Below, piece after piece: positions 35,582 through 46,402 of a stretch of 64,000 bases of DNA; the stretch's first letter is position 1, and the number at the start of each line of letters is the position of its first letter. This stretch comes from Candidatus Dormiibacterota bacterium. GTDB taxonomy: Bacteria; Chloroflexota; Dormibacteria; Aeolococcales; Aeolococcaceae. The position numbers and the translations under genes are program-made. Under the pieces are notes generated by a model. That model was not told where the DNA came from and searched no databases. It worked only from the letters and a program-made list of their open reading frames with translations. The stretch is taken from contig CAVYGR010000008.1 in NCBI GenBank assembly GCA_963768105.1, positions 233,023-297,022 on the forward strand. Reading direction: 5' to 3'.

Positions 35582-38500
35582 CTACGCTGACTGCATCAGC
35601 AGCGCCTGCGCCCGGCGGATATAGCGGGTCGCATCCACGGAACGATAGAAGTCGATGGCCAGCCGAGCATGAACTTGCGCCTCCGCACGGCTGCCCTGCG
35701 CAGCGAGTGCCTCGGCAAGCCAGAACTCGATCCCTGGCCTCCTCGGTTCGGGCTCCCATGGCGCCGCAGACGTCAGCCGCACGGCGCAGATCTCCAGCAG
35801 CGAAAGCGCGCGCAGCTTGCACCCAGGGGACATCAAAGGGTGGCATGACCTCGATCAACTCCTGTCCTCGGCCCAACGCGGACAACGTCCAGCTGAGCAT
35901 GTGGATGGTGTCGAGTGCGTTGCTCGTCCCTGTCCCGGCCCGGAGAAGGCCCAGGGATTCGTCGACAAGCACCGTGGCGCTCGCGAGGTCGCCGGTTTCA
36001 CGAAAGACGTGCGCGCAGCACGCCAGCGCGCCATACAGGATCTGTGGATCCTTGACGAGATGGCCGAGCTCCAGCGCACGTTCGCTGTCTGCAAGCGCCC
36101 CCGAATGGTCGTCCCGCGCGATCCGCATGAGCGCCCGGATCGCGTACAGGCCCGGCGCCGAGTAATGGGGCGAGCCGGCTTCGACGTCGCCGAGGAGCGC
36201 GTCGGTGAGGCGGAGTGCCTCATGCCATTCACCCCGGTCGAACGAATCCAGTGCGCGACAACCACGAATCCAGCGCTCGTCCTCGATGAAGCCAAAACGC
36301 GAAGCGGTGTCCGCCGCTGCCTCGATGACCGGGGCTGAGCGCTCGAGATTGCCGCGGGCCAACAGCACCGCCCAGAGGTTCACCTGTGCCTGACAGATGG
36401 CCGCAGGCATCTTCGCCTCGATCGCAATGGCGAGGCTTTCCTCGAGATCATCAATACCGCCGGAGTCGCCGAGATCCATTCGGGCGACGCCGATAGTGTT
36501 CAAGGCGTGGGCACGCAGATCGTCCTTGTCCAGCTGCGCCGCCACATCGAGCACCGAGCGCCCGAGCAGGATCGCATCCGCAAAGTCCCCGATTAGCATC
36601 TTCACCCGGGCGATGCTGCTGATCACCGAGGCGGTGCGGGCCGAGGGCTCGCAGCCATCCACGAGCTCTTGAGCCATGTCGAAGTGCCTGGTAGCATGAT
36701 CGGTGTCGCCCCGGCGCCGATGCACCCACGCAAGCTCTGCCTGGGCTTCTGCGGCCGCCTCTGTATCGCCAACCGCCAATAACTCGTCAGCGGCTGCGGC
36801 AAGCACGTCCGGCTCGAGACTGCCCGCGATTTTTCGCGTTCGGCCAAGGTCGAACAACAGCCGCGCGTGCTCTCTCGAGCCGCTCTCGGCCAGGCCCAGC
36901 GCGGAGTCGTAGTAGCCTGCCGCCGCCGCGTACGCCATGAGTGAGCGCGCGCGCTCGGCGGCGTCGCGAAGACTGTTCAGCGTCTGCCGTGAGGTATCCG
37001 CGTCGATCGGCTGCCCGGTGGCGCGGCGAAGCTCCAGCGCGCTGAGGTAATGGTGCGCGAGCATCTCGGCGTGGTCTTCGGGCCGACCGAGCGATGCGAT
37101 CCAGTCAGCGGTCAGCCGGTGCTTTTCGGCACGTTCCCTACGAGGAATCTGCCCGTACGCCACATCCCGAACGAGCACATGCAGGAACGAGTACTCGTCC
37201 TCATCCGCGACGGACGATCGGCGCGCGCGCTGGACGAAGTCCTTGCGCTCCAGCGCGTGGAGCAGGCGCTCCGCGGTGCGGCGATCCATTCCACCGACGA
37301 CCGCGCCAAGCCAGAACACCTTGCCGAGCACCGCGGCGTCCTGCAGCAGGCGCTTCTCTTCGACCGAGAGCGCGTCGAGGCGTGCCGCGATGATTCCCTG
37401 CACGGTCTCCGGGACGGGTAGTCCCTCGGGGTGGCTGCGCTCGGCGAGCATGCGCACGTATTGCTCCGCGTAGAGCGGGTTGCCGCCGGCCCGGGCGAGA
37501 AGTTCCTGCTGCGTTTCCGCTTCCATCACGGGGCGCTCGCTCAGGGTGCTGATCAGCTGCGCCGTTTCCTCGTCGGACAGCGGCGCGAGCGACAGCCTGA
37601 TGGCGTTGCGAGTGGCTCCCGCCCACCCGGGGCGACGCTCGAACAGCTCGGGCCGAGTCGTGCAGACCACCAGCATCGGGACGCCGCCTGCCCAGTCGAC
37701 CAGGTGCTCGATAAAGTCGAGCAGATTGTCGTCCGCCCAGTGCAGGTCCTCAAATACCAACACCAGGGCGTGCTGCTCGGCAAGCGCCTCGAAGAAGCGG
37801 CGCCACGCCGTGAACACCTCGTCGCGGCGTTCGCCGGCCGGCTCCGGGCCGGCGCTGATGCCGGCGAGCGGTCGCAAGTGGCCGCCCATCCACTCCGCGG
37901 CGTCTGGATCAGCGACCAACGCCGCAACCGCAGCGTTGAGCTTCGCCTCCGACTGCTGATTGCCGTCGGTCTCGAGGATCCCAGCCTGGGCCTTCACCAT
38001 CTCCGAGAGGGCCCAAAAGGTCACCCCATCCCCATACGGCAACGAGCGTCCTTGCCGCCAGAGCACCACCTGACCCGGGTCAGATTCGATCCGCGCGAAG
38101 AGCTCTGCCACGAGGCGGCTCTTGCCGATTCCGGGTACCCCGACCAGGGTCATCAATTGCGGAGAGCGCTCGCGCTGCACCCGGTCCAGGGCCTCACCAA
38201 GCGCCCGCGAACTCATGAAACCGACCGACCAGCGGCGCACGGCTGGAATGGGCGAGATCCACACCGAGGCTCGAGCGCGCTTCGAGCGCCTCCCAGACAG
38301 GGACGGGCTCCGCCTTGCCCTTTGCAGTCACCGGTGAGGCCGCGCGGTAGGTGATCACGTGTGCAGTGGCCCGGTAGGTCGACTCCCCCACCAGAATGCC
38401 GTTCACGGGCGCTGCCGACTGAAGCCGGGAGGTGGTGTTGACCACATCGCCCGACGCCATCCCCTCACCCTCAGCGGTCCGGGCGCGGAGCGCCACCAGA

Positions 38501-38907
38501 GCCTCGCCGGTGTTGACTGCGATGCGAAGCTGCAGGTCCGGCTTTTGCTCGAGCACCCAGTCCCGGATCGCCAAGGCGGCACGCACCGCTCGTTCGGGAT
38601 CGTCCTCGTGCGCGACCGGGGCACCGAACAGCGCCATCACCGCATCCCCGACGAATTTCTCGACCGTCCCGCCGAAGCGCTCCAACTCGGTGCGGAGGCG
38701 CCCATAGAACGGCGCGAGCAGGGCTCGAACGTCCTCCGGGTCGAGCTGAGCGGAGCGCGACGTGAATCCCACCAGGTCGGCGAACAGCACCGTGATGACT
38801 TTGCGCTCTTCGCGGGGGCCGACCGGATCGAGCATCGCAGCCCCGCAGTCCGGGCAGAACTTCGATGTCGCAGCGCTCTCGTGCCCGCACGCGGGACAGC
38901 TGCTCAC
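35582..38907 (-). pseudogene. Zn-ribbon / class III nucleotide cyclase / AAA(STAND) ATPase / TPR protein with two single-nt frame breaks (about 38205 and 35745)
   Basis: A GTG start at 38907 gives VSSCPACGHESAATSKFCPDCG. The cyclase domain has VITVLFADLVGFT, VEKFVGDAVMALF and GDVVNTTSRLQ (ORF 38194..38967). The ATPase and TPR parts are in ORF 35373..38264 (LVGVPGIGKSRLVAELF, LVLVFEDLHWADDN). The C-terminal 50 aa are in ORF 35582..35836 (FWLAEALAAQG...FYRSVDATRYIRRAQALL), matching the C-terminus of the 26787 copy. Confidence 0.8.
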
Positions 38908-39047
38908 CTCGCGAAGCGTACGCGCTGAGGCGCCGGCCGATAGTCGATACCGTCCGGCCCAGGTCAAGCAGGGCTCGAACGCCCGTAACCCGGTCCGATG
39001 CTCCTGGTTAACCTGGAATTCGCGACTAACGCGAGGTCAGCTCCGGC

Positions 39048-39506
39048 TCATTCTTGGCCGGATAGCTCGGCGGCCAGAGCGCGCAGCGTGGCGAGCTGAC
39101 CATCGGTCGGCGCCGCCTCGGGACGGACCTCCCGCACCCGCTGGTAGGCCTCCGGCAATGACCACCCCATCATCACGAGGGCGGCGCATACCACCGTCGG
39201 GGTCCGTTCGATCCCGGCGTGGCAGTGCACCAGCACCTCATGGCCCTGCTTGACGAGTGAGGAGACGGTCACGGCCGCATCTCGAAGCTCCTCGACGGTC
39301 GGCGTGCCGTGGTCCTCGAGCGGAAGACGCCTGACCACGACCTCCGGCGGCCAATGGCCGGCGTCCGTTCCTTCCTCGCGCAAATCGACAACGCAGTCGA
39401 TCCCCTCGCGGGTGACGCGGGCGGCGTGGCGGCCGGCTGCGGCGGATCCCATCCACAAACCGGGAACCACGCGAGCGACATCCGGTCCGCGGCGCAACAT
39501 CTCCAA
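39048..39506 (-). CDS. Dual-specificity (DSP-type, Cys-based) protein phosphatase
   Basis: VLVHCHAGIERTPTVVCAAL is the HCxxGxxR(S/T) P-loop. Length is 152 aa. Confidence 0.8.
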   Translation of the reverse strand: MEMLRRGPDVARVVPGLWMGSAAAGRHAARVTREGIDCVVDLREEGTDAGHWPPEVVVRRLPLEDHGTPTVEELRDAAVTVSSLVKQGHEVLVHCHAGIERTPTVVCAALVMMGWSLPEAYQRVREVRPEAAPTDGQLATLRALAAELSGQE

Positions 39507-39587
39507 TACAATGGCCGAACTTCCGCCTCATCGGGAGGCACCCGGAAGGATCAGGTAAGGTTTGGGCGGCGAGAGCCCAGTCAGAGC

Positions 39588-41267
39588 ATGCAGCCAGAGC
39601 AACTCCGCAAGCTCACTCGGAAGTGGGCGATTCCCATCATCGTGGTGATGGTCCTCGGGGCCGCCGCCTCGTATCTCATCAGCAAGCGTTTGACGCCCTT
39701 TTATGCGGCCACGGGCAGCGTGGAAGTGGCCGCAAGTCCCGGCCAACAGATCGGCTCCGGCGCGGGCAATGCCGGCGAGGCGACTGCCACGGCGGCGTCG
39801 CTCTTGACCGCGCCGTCGCTGCTCCAGGAGGTCATCACCAAGCTGCACCTGAACACGACAGTCGACAAGCTTTCCAAGGAGGTCTCGGCAGTCGCGCAGA
39901 CCAACACCGACCTTGTCACGGTCACCGCGAACGACCCCTCCCCGGCCCGCGCGGCGCAAATCGCCAATGAGCTCATGAGCGACTACCAGGTCGAGGCGAC
40001 CGCTTTGAACGCCGCGCTATTCGCCCAAGGCGGCGCAGCCATACAGGGCCGTATCGACACCGTCCAGGGAAACATCAACGCTGAACAGCAGCAACTCCTC
40101 GCCATGCAGAGGGCCGGCCACGACACGACCGCGCTACAGCGGCTGATCGACGAAAATAATGCGTACCTCACCCAACTCAATATCGAACTCGGCGCATACC
40201 AGGCTGGGCAGGCGCAGACACTCGGCGCGGTGTCGATTCCTCAAAGTGCGCTTATACCGACCAAACCCGCGTCGCCAAACATGCTCCTCAACACGGTTGC
40301 CGGGGGACTTGCGGCCCTGCTGATTGCTGCCGGCTTCGCCTACCTCTACGAATTTCTCGACCAAGGACTGAAGAACGCTGGGGACGTCCGCGAGCGTCTT
40401 GGGCTCCCGTGCCTTGGCGTCGTTCCGAAGTTCCGGCATATCGCGCCGCGCGGCGACACGGGGGGACCGAATCATCGCCACGACGAGGCGGTGCGCGAAG
40501 CCTACCGGCGGCTGCGGGTGAATCTGCTCTTCGCGGCGCCCGACGGCGACCTGAAGAGTGTGGTGATCACCTCGGTGCGTGCGGGGGAAGGCAAGACGTG
40601 CACCGCCGCCAACCTCGCGGTTGCGCTCGCAGGTTCCGAGCGGCATGTCTTGCTGATCGATGCTGACCTACGCAAGCCCGACCAGCACCGGTTGTTCGAT
40701 GCGCCGCTTGAGGGCGGATTGAGCGAGTTGATTCTCAAGACCCCGGTGTCGACGCTGGTGCAGCTCAACGGCTATCGGACGACCAAGTTTGCGAATCTTT
40801 CGCTGCTCACCAGCGGCATCGTCCCCCCAAATCCCGCCGAGTTGCTGGCGTCGAAGCGTGCGACCACACTGCTGCACGACATCGGTCCGCGGGAGGATCT
40901 GATCATCATCGACACCGCGCCCGCAGGCCTGGTTAGCGATCCCTTCAGCATTGCTGCGGGAGCATCCGCCACGATCCTCGTCGTCGAAGCTGGAAAGACC
41001 AAGGCCTCTGAGGCAGCGGGCACGATTGACGCGCTTCGCGAGGTCGGTGCGAACGTTATCGGCGTGGTGCTCAACAAGTCCTCACGCCGCGTCGGTGCCG
41101 GGTATCGGTATGGCTATTCGCGGTACGGGGAGGTCAACGCAAGCCACGCCAATGAGGCCACTGCTGACGACCTCGTTCCGCCGCCAGCGGAATCGAACAC
41201 ATCGGCGAACGGGGCATCCAAGCTGGCTGGCACCCGCGCCACGCCCCTTGCACCGCCGCGCCAATAG
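39588..41267 (+). CDS. Polysaccharide co-polymerase fused to BY-type tyrosine autokinase
   Basis: The start MQPEQLRKLTRKWAIPIIVVMVLGAAASYLI includes the Wzz-type TM segment. Walker A is SVRAGEGKTCTAANLA, Walker A' is LLIDADLRKP and Walker B is LIIIDTAP. The C-terminal Tyr cluster is GYRYGYSRYG. Confidence 0.85.
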   Translation: MQPEQLRKLTRKWAIPIIVVMVLGAAASYLISKRLTPFYAATGSVEVAASPGQQIGSGAGNAGEATATAASLLTAPSLLQEVITKLHLNTTVDKLSKEVSAVAQTNTDLVTVTANDPSPARAAQIANELMSDYQVEATALNAALFAQGGAAIQGRIDTVQGNINAEQQQLLAMQRAGHDTTALQRLIDENNAYLTQLNIELGAYQAGQAQTLGAVSIPQSALIPTKPASPNMLLNTVAGGLAALLIAAGFAYLYEFLDQGLKNAGDVRERLGLPCLGVVPKFRHIAPRGDTGGPNHRHDEAVREAYRRLRVNLLFAAPDGDLKSVVITSVRAGEGKTCTAANLAVALAGSERHVLLIDADLRKPDQHRLFDAPLEGGLSELILKTPVSTLVQLNGYRTTKFANLSLLTSGIVPPNPAELLASKRATTLLHDIGPREDLIIIDTAPAGLVSDPFSIAAGASATILVVEAGKTKASEAAGTIDALREVGANVIGVVLNKSSRRVGAGYRYGYSRYGEVNASHANEATADDLVPPPAESNTSANGASKLAGTRATPLAPPRQ

Positions 41268-41365
41268 AGGCGCCTTAACGCCGGCGTAATCATTCGTTTC
41301 CGGGGTTTGGGGCGATCGGCTACACTGCCGCCAGGAAGGGCGGATCCGAGGCGGAGGACGGGCAC

Positions 41366-42960
41366 ATGGCTTTCCCAGGGACGACCGGCCCGAGCACCAG
41401 GGCGCCGACCGATCCGCACCCGCCGGACGCGCCAGAGCCCACCGTAGAACTAGATGGCGTACGGGAACGGCTTGGAGCCGCCCCGGTCCAGAGCAACGGT
41501 CACAGCCGCTTGCCGGACGGCGCGAGGACCGGCCAGGTCATCTCGCCTGACGGGACCGCGTCTGGCGGCACCGCACGCTCGGTCTCTCTGCGACGGTGGA
41601 TCGCGGCGCTGTTCGCGCTTGACCTGCTCGTGGCGGCAGTGGCCTCGGGCGCCGGGTTCGTGGTTCGCTTCGGTTCCAGCCAGGCTTCGCAGTCGCTCCA
41701 GGGGGTGCCCTACTGGCTGATCGCGGCTGTCTTGATCCCGGTGTGGGCCGCAGTGCTGGCTGCCGGCGGCGCCTATGACCGCAGGTTCCTCGGCGTGGGA
41801 GCTGAGGAATTTCGCAAGGTCGTTAACGCCGGAGTATGGCTTCTGGCACTACTGGTTTTCGCGGTCTTCGTCCTGCACGGGAGCCTCTCGCGTGCGTACG
41901 TCGCGATAACGTTCCCACTGCTGATTGCGCTTACGTTGTTGGAGCGGTATGCCATACGTAAGGCGCTCCATCGTCATGTGATTAATGGCCACGCGATCTA
42001 TCGCACCATCATCGTCGGATCCCACGCGGCCGCCGCCGCGCTACGCGATCACATGAACCGCGCGCCTTGGGCGGGCTTCAACGTCGTGGGCGAGTACGAC
42101 CCTGATGCGGAGCACATCAACGTCGAGGAGTTGGTTGACGCGGTTCGCCAAGCTGGCGGCAATACCATCGCTATCGCGGCCGCATCGGAAGGGGGTCCCC
42201 GCCGTGGCGCACTGCGTGCGCTCTCTTGGCGGCTGGAGGGCACGGGGATCCAACTCGTGGTGGCGCCGGCAGTCACCGACATCGCTGGTCCTCGCATCGT
42301 GGTGCGACCGGTACAAGGTCTGCCGCTACTGATCATCGAGGACCCGCAGATGAACGGAGGTCGGCGGCTCCTCAAGCTGGTGCTGGATCGAGCCGTCGCG
42401 TTGGCAGGGTTGGTGATTCTTAGTCCGCTGCTCGCAGCTCTCGCCGTGCTCGTCAAGCTGAGCAGTCGTGGTCCGGTCCTCTACAGGCAGGAGCGGGTGG
42501 GCGTGCACGGCGAACGCTTCTGGATATGGAAATACCGCACGATGCGCGTGGGCGCTGAGCAAGGAGCTCATCGATCTAGCCAACCTCAATCACACCGATG
42601 GGTTGCTCTTCAAGATTCGCAACGATCCGCGGGTCACCCCGGTGGGGCGCTGGATTCGGCATCACTCCCTCGACGAGCTGCCCCAATTGTGGAACGTGAT
42701 GCGCGGGCAGATGTCACTTGGTCGGCCCACGGCCGCCGCTACCTCGCGAGGTGGATCAGTACGGCGACGAGGTTCGCCGACGCCTGCTAGTTAAGCCCGG
42801 GATGACCGGGCTGTGGCAGATCAGTGGTCGCGCCGAGCTCCCATGGGAAGAATCGGTGCGGCTTGACCTGTTTTACGTCGAGAACTGGTCGGTGATGATG
42901 GACCTGATGGTGTTGTGGAAGACGCTTGCGGTCGTGGTGCACGGGCGCGGTGCGTACTGA
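41366..42960 (+). pseudogene. WbaP/EpsB-like polyprenyl glycosylphosphotransferase with two single-nt frame breaks (about 42560 and 42719)
   Basis: GGAGGA lies 7 nt before ATG 41366. The TM bundle and central domain are in ORF 41366..42790. [52 protein letters not shown] is in ORF 42468..42794. [37 protein letters not shown] is in ORF 42718..42960. Confidence 0.8.
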
Positions 42961-43334
42961 CGCCTACGCATTCACGACAAGAGCCCCGTCGTCACGTGAT
43001 CCGTACGCCTCTCAGTGAGGTGCGGCCCCATCAGCACGCCGAGGACCTCTCGGTGCACTTGGGGCGACGGATGCCCTTACCAGCCATCCACGCGACATGA
43101 TCAGCTCGCGACCCTCCGGGTCCCTGGCACTCGAGCCCTCGAGGCGAGAAGACTTGGCGTCGACGTCAGATAAGTCGCGGGCACGAAGCGATACCGGAGC
43201 GGGTGCGGTGCCAGGTGTGATCGCGAACTCGAAATTCTGGGTGCGCGAAGTCGACAGATGTGCTCGGGCGTCCGCGCACGCGTGGGGGCGACTGCGCACA
43301 AAGCAGAGCATCCGCGAGATACGATTACACCGTC

Positions 43335-44132
43335 ATGAGCGCGTCCATGTATCGCCTGATCTTAGGTATGTCATTTAGGAAAGGAGATGTGGTGGTGGAG
43401 ATTGGCTCCGAGCGCGGTGACGGGTCCACCGCGTTCTTGAGGGAGTTCTGCGATCGCATCGGGATGCCTTTCTTCTCCGTAAATGTTTCCAGCCCTCAGG
43501 CCGAATACCTTATGACCGGCGAAAGCTTCTTGGCCGATATATTCCCGTCGATCGGTGGAAATATCAGGTTTGCATATCTCGACAACTATGATTGGGACTG
43601 GGGCATAGCCGAAGGCGACTATCGCTCGGAGTATGCCGCCATAGCTGATGAGTATCGGCTCCGTGGCATCGAGATAAACAACGCCGAATCGCAAGCCGTG
43701 CACTTGGCGCAGTCGATCCTGATCAATAGCTTCACGGCGGACGGATGCGGTGTTCTGTTTGATGACACTTGGGCGCTACCGGACGGCACATACAGTGGCA
43801 AGGGGGGTAGTGCTGTGCCTTGGCTGCTCGCGAACGGCTGGTCATTAGTTGAGCGGCGTCCGTCGTCGGTGCATGACATGCGCGGGTACGTCTTCCTGCG
43901 CAAGGGAAAATACCGGCGCCGAATAGTCCGGCCATTGCTCAGGGCGGCCAGATACGACGTGCGCTATCTTCGCAGTCGCGGAGTTCGACGGACGTTCCGT
44001 GCCGCGTTTGCGCATCGTCGGCGTCGCAGAGTCGTAACTCATTCACAAGTCGAGATTGAGGCGTCGTTATCGTGTGCGATTTCGCACTTGGGCAACGATA
44101 AATGGTCAACTAGCAGGGTGTTGGTTTTCTAG
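43335..44132 (+). CDS. Hypothetical protein in the A/T-richer cassette (weak Rossmann/SAM-methyltransferase-like motif)
   Basis: From ORF 43260..44132. GDVVVEIGSERGDGSTAFL resembles methyltransferase motif I, and CGVLFDDTW resembles motif IV. The start is uncertain (ATG 43335 or in-frame GTGs near 43390 after AAGGAG). The Arg-rich tail is suspicious. Confidence 0.3.
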   Translation: MSASMYRLILGMSFRKGDVVVEIGSERGDGSTAFLREFCDRIGMPFFSVNVSSPQAEYLMTGESFLADIFPSIGGNIRFAYLDNYDWDWGIAEGDYRSEYAAIADEYRLRGIEINNAESQAVHLAQSILINSFTADGCGVLFDDTWALPDGTYSGKGGSAVPWLLANGWSLVERRPSSVHDMRGYVFLRKGKYRRRIVRPLLRAARYDVRYLRSRGVRRTFRAAFAHRRRRRVVTHSQVEIEASLSCAISHLGNDKWSTSRVLVF

Positions 44133-44358
44133 CCTTGAGGCACCCCTCGACAGGCTAAGTCGGGTACGCGAATCGTGAGGAAGCTCATTCGGCTTCCGGA
44201 GATTCAGCGTGCGCGGCACCACAACCCTCCAAGTGACGATGCGCTCGACGGTGACACGTTCTTAGATGTGTTCATCGCGCGTCGCCTCACCGGGCTAAAG
44301 GTCACGCGACACGACGGCGGCGGTACCTCACCCTCGCGTCGACGGCATTTGACCCGTT

Positions 44359-44410
44359 TGTGGGTGATCGCGAATAGTGCGCAGTTCTGATCACGAATAG
44401 TGCACAGGTC
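44359..44410. repeat. IS21 left terminal inverted repeat with two internal GAAWAGTGCRCAG-type sub-repeats
   Basis: Sequence: TGTGGGTGATCGCGAATAGTGCGCAGTTCTGATCACGAATAGTGCACAGGTC. Multiple terminal sub-repeats are characteristic of IS21 ends. Confidence 0.75.
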
Positions 44411-44510
44411 CTGGAGGCGCAGCAGGACCTGGAGCAGTGATCGGAAAAGAGGAAGTCCCCCCTGAGATCCTCAGCGATGTCAAAGCCCCGAGAGCCAGGG
44501 AGGCCCATCC

Positions 44511-45536
44511 GTGAAGTCTGAGGAGACCGGCATGGATCTGCGCGCACTACATCGACACGGCTGGAGCATCAGCGCTCTCGCCAGGCGGTTCCAGATCAAC
44601 CACCACACGGTGGCCCGGGAGGTTGCAGCTGACGGACCACGCGCGTATCCGCCGCGCGCACCGAAGCACACCCTCACGCCGGCGCAACTCGCACACATCG
44701 AGCGCCGGCTGCTGGTCTGTCCGGTGCTGCGGGCCACGGACTTGCACCGGGAGCTGCAGCGGGACTTCGGATACAACGGCAGCTATCCGACCTTTGGCCG
44801 CCAATTGCGCGAGCTCCGTCCCGCGCCGGTGGTCGAGGCTGAGGTGCGCTTCGAGAGCGCAGCCGGGGTGCAAACGCAGGTGGACTGGAAACACATCGGG
44901 CTCTGGCCGCTCGGTGAGGAGATGGTCCAGTTGCACGCGCTGGTGGCCGTACTCGGTCACAGCCGCATGCCGGCAATCCGCATTGCCAACAGCTGCACGC
45001 GCGCGGTCACGTTCGAGCGCCTGCTCCGCTGCCTGGACGACCTCGGCGGCGTGAGCCGCGAACTGCTCACCGATCGCGACACCGTGTTCTGCACGGCCGG
45101 TGGCAGCCGGCTCAGCCCGGAGTGGGTGGATCTCTGCGAGCTGCTCGGCACCGTGCCGCGGTTGTGCCGGCCATACCGCGCCAAGACCAAGGGCAAGGTG
45201 GAGCGGGTGAACCGCAAGATCCAGGAAAGCTTCCTCGCCTGGCTCACCGGGCGGGCGCTGTCGCCGCGACCCACCATCGCCGACTACGACGGTCTGGCCA
45301 AGCAATGGCTTGCCGAGGTGGTCCTGCCCCGGCGCCATCGGACCACCAAGCGGGTGATTGCTGAGGCCTGGAACGAGGAGCGGCGGCTGCTGGTGGCCGT
45401 GCCGAATCACCTGATCCAGCGCTTCACCGGCGCCGGCGAAGCGTCCCCGGTGCTGCACACGGTTGACCCGGCGCAGCGCCGGCTCGGTGAGCATGTCGAG
45501 GTGCGGCCGCTCACCGCCTATGAGGTGGCGATGTGA
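44511..45536 (+). CDS. istA: IS21-family transposase IstA
   Basis: HTH region: MDLRALHRHGWSISALARRFQINHHTVAREV. DDE region: VQTQVDWKHIGLWPLGEEMVQLHALVAVLGHSRM and LTDRDTVF. The likely start is ATG 44532 after GAGGAG; the ORF-track start is GTG 44511. Confidence 0.85.
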   Translation: MKSEETGMDLRALHRHGWSISALARRFQINHHTVAREVAADGPRAYPPRAPKHTLTPAQLAHIERRLLVCPVLRATDLHRELQRDFGYNGSYPTFGRQLRELRPAPVVEAEVRFESAAGVQTQVDWKHIGLWPLGEEMVQLHALVAVLGHSRMPAIRIANSCTRAVTFERLLRCLDDLGGVSRELLTDRDTVFCTAGGSRLSPEWVDLCELLGTVPRLCRPYRAKTKGKVERVNRKIQESFLAWLTGRALSPRPTIADYDGLAKQWLAEVVLPRRHRTTKRVIAEAWNEERRLLVAVPNHLIQRFTGAGEASPVLHTVDPAQRRLGEHVEVRPLTAYEVAM

Positions 45537-46342
45537 GCACCGCCAAGACCGCCAGGAACGAGTCCGAACCGAGCGTGTATCAGCAGCTCCGCGAGCACCT
45601 TGCGTACCTGCAGATGACCGCTGCCGCTGAGCACCTCGCTCCCGTTCTCGACCGTGCGCGCAGCGACCGCGTGTCCGCAACCCAGGTCCTCGAGGAACTG
45701 CTCGGCATCGAGGTGGAGGCAACTCGAGCGCGGCGCCAACGCCGGCGAATCCGTTTCGCTCGCTATCCGGTCCACAAGACGCTTGCCGAGTTCGACTTCG
45801 ACTTCCAGCCCGGCGTTGATCGCCCCGTGGTGGCGGAGCTCTCCACGCTCCGGTTCGTCGAGGAGAAGCGCAACGTCATCCTGCTCGGCCCGCCGGGAGT
45901 CGGCAAGACGCACCTCGCCATCGCCCTCGGCGTCGCCGCGACCGAGGCCGGCTACCGAACGTACTTCACCTCCGCCGCCGACATGGTGAGCGCGGCTCCA
46001 GACGGCACACCTCGAGGGCACCGCTGCCTACAAGATGCGCACCTACCTGGGTCCGTCGGTCCTGGTCATCGATGAACTCGGTTACCTCCCGCTCGACCAG
46101 GCCTCAGCGAACTGGATCTTCCAGGTGGTGAGTCGCCGCTACGAGAAGGGCTCATCGTGCTCACCTCCAACCGCGGGTTCGGCGACTGGAACCAGGTCTT
46201 CGCTGATGCGGTGGTGGCCGGCGCGATTGTCGATCGGCTGCTGCACACCGCGACCGTGATGAACATCCGCGGCGCCAGCTTCCGCGCCCGTGCCTATGCC
46301 GCCAAACAGAAACTCAAGGGAGGCGATGCTATGGTTGCGTGA
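45533..46342 (+). pseudogene. istB: IS21-family helper ATPase IstB with two single-nt frame breaks (about 45995 and 46152)
   Basis: A GTG start overlaps the istA stop. The Walker A motif is NVILLGPPGVGKTHLAIALG. The continuation LQTAHLEGTAAYKMRTYLGPSVLVIDELGYLPL is in a second frame. IVLTSNRGFGDWNQVFADAVVAGAIVDRLLH is in a third frame. Confidence 0.8.
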
Positions 46343-46350
46343 GCCTCAAC

Positions 46351-46402
46351 GACCTGTGCACTTTCGCTGATCAGGTCTGTGCACTTTCCGTGCTCACCGA
46401 CA
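46351..46402. repeat. IS21 right terminal inverted repeat (two sub-repeats)
   Basis: Sequence: GACCTGTGCACTTTCGCTGATCAGGTCTGTGCACTTTCCGTGCTCACCGACA. It is the inverted counterpart of 44359-44410. Confidence 0.75.

Larger units (their letters stand above)
44359..46402 (+). mobile_element. IS21-family insertion sequence (istA-istB) with terminal inverted repeats and 5-bp target-site duplication
   Basis: The left end is TGTGGGTGATCGCGAATAGTGCGCAG... The reverse complement of the right end is TGTCGGTGAGCACGGAAAGTGCACAG... About 40 of 52 positions match by hand alignment. CCGTT flanks both ends (44354-44358 and 46403-46407). It contains overlapping istA/istB genes. Confidence 0.85.

Noticed and set aside
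43216-43227. TGTGATCGCGAA, a 12-mer resembling the IS21 left terminus, as a possible solo IS end
   Set aside because: The similarity stops after 11-12 nt, and the sub-repeat GAAWAGTGCRCAG is absent. A match this short could arise by chance.
44175-44390. 71-aa ORF that might be a gene disrupted by the IS21 insertion
   Set aside because: Joining the flanks after removing the IS and one CCGTT copy gives only a roughly 100-aa Arg-rich ORF with no motif. The insertion site is more likely intergenic.
45531-45536. Programmed translational frameshifting at the istA/istB junction or within istB
   Set aside because: The junction is an ordinary stop/start overlap, as in other IS21 members. The two internal istB breaks have no slippery-heptamer context and resemble the other random single-base breaks in the window.
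44547-45722. 391-aa minus-strand ORF antisense to istA/istB
   Set aside because: The plus strand has unmistakable IS21 IstA and IstB motifs, and the antisense translation is featureless.
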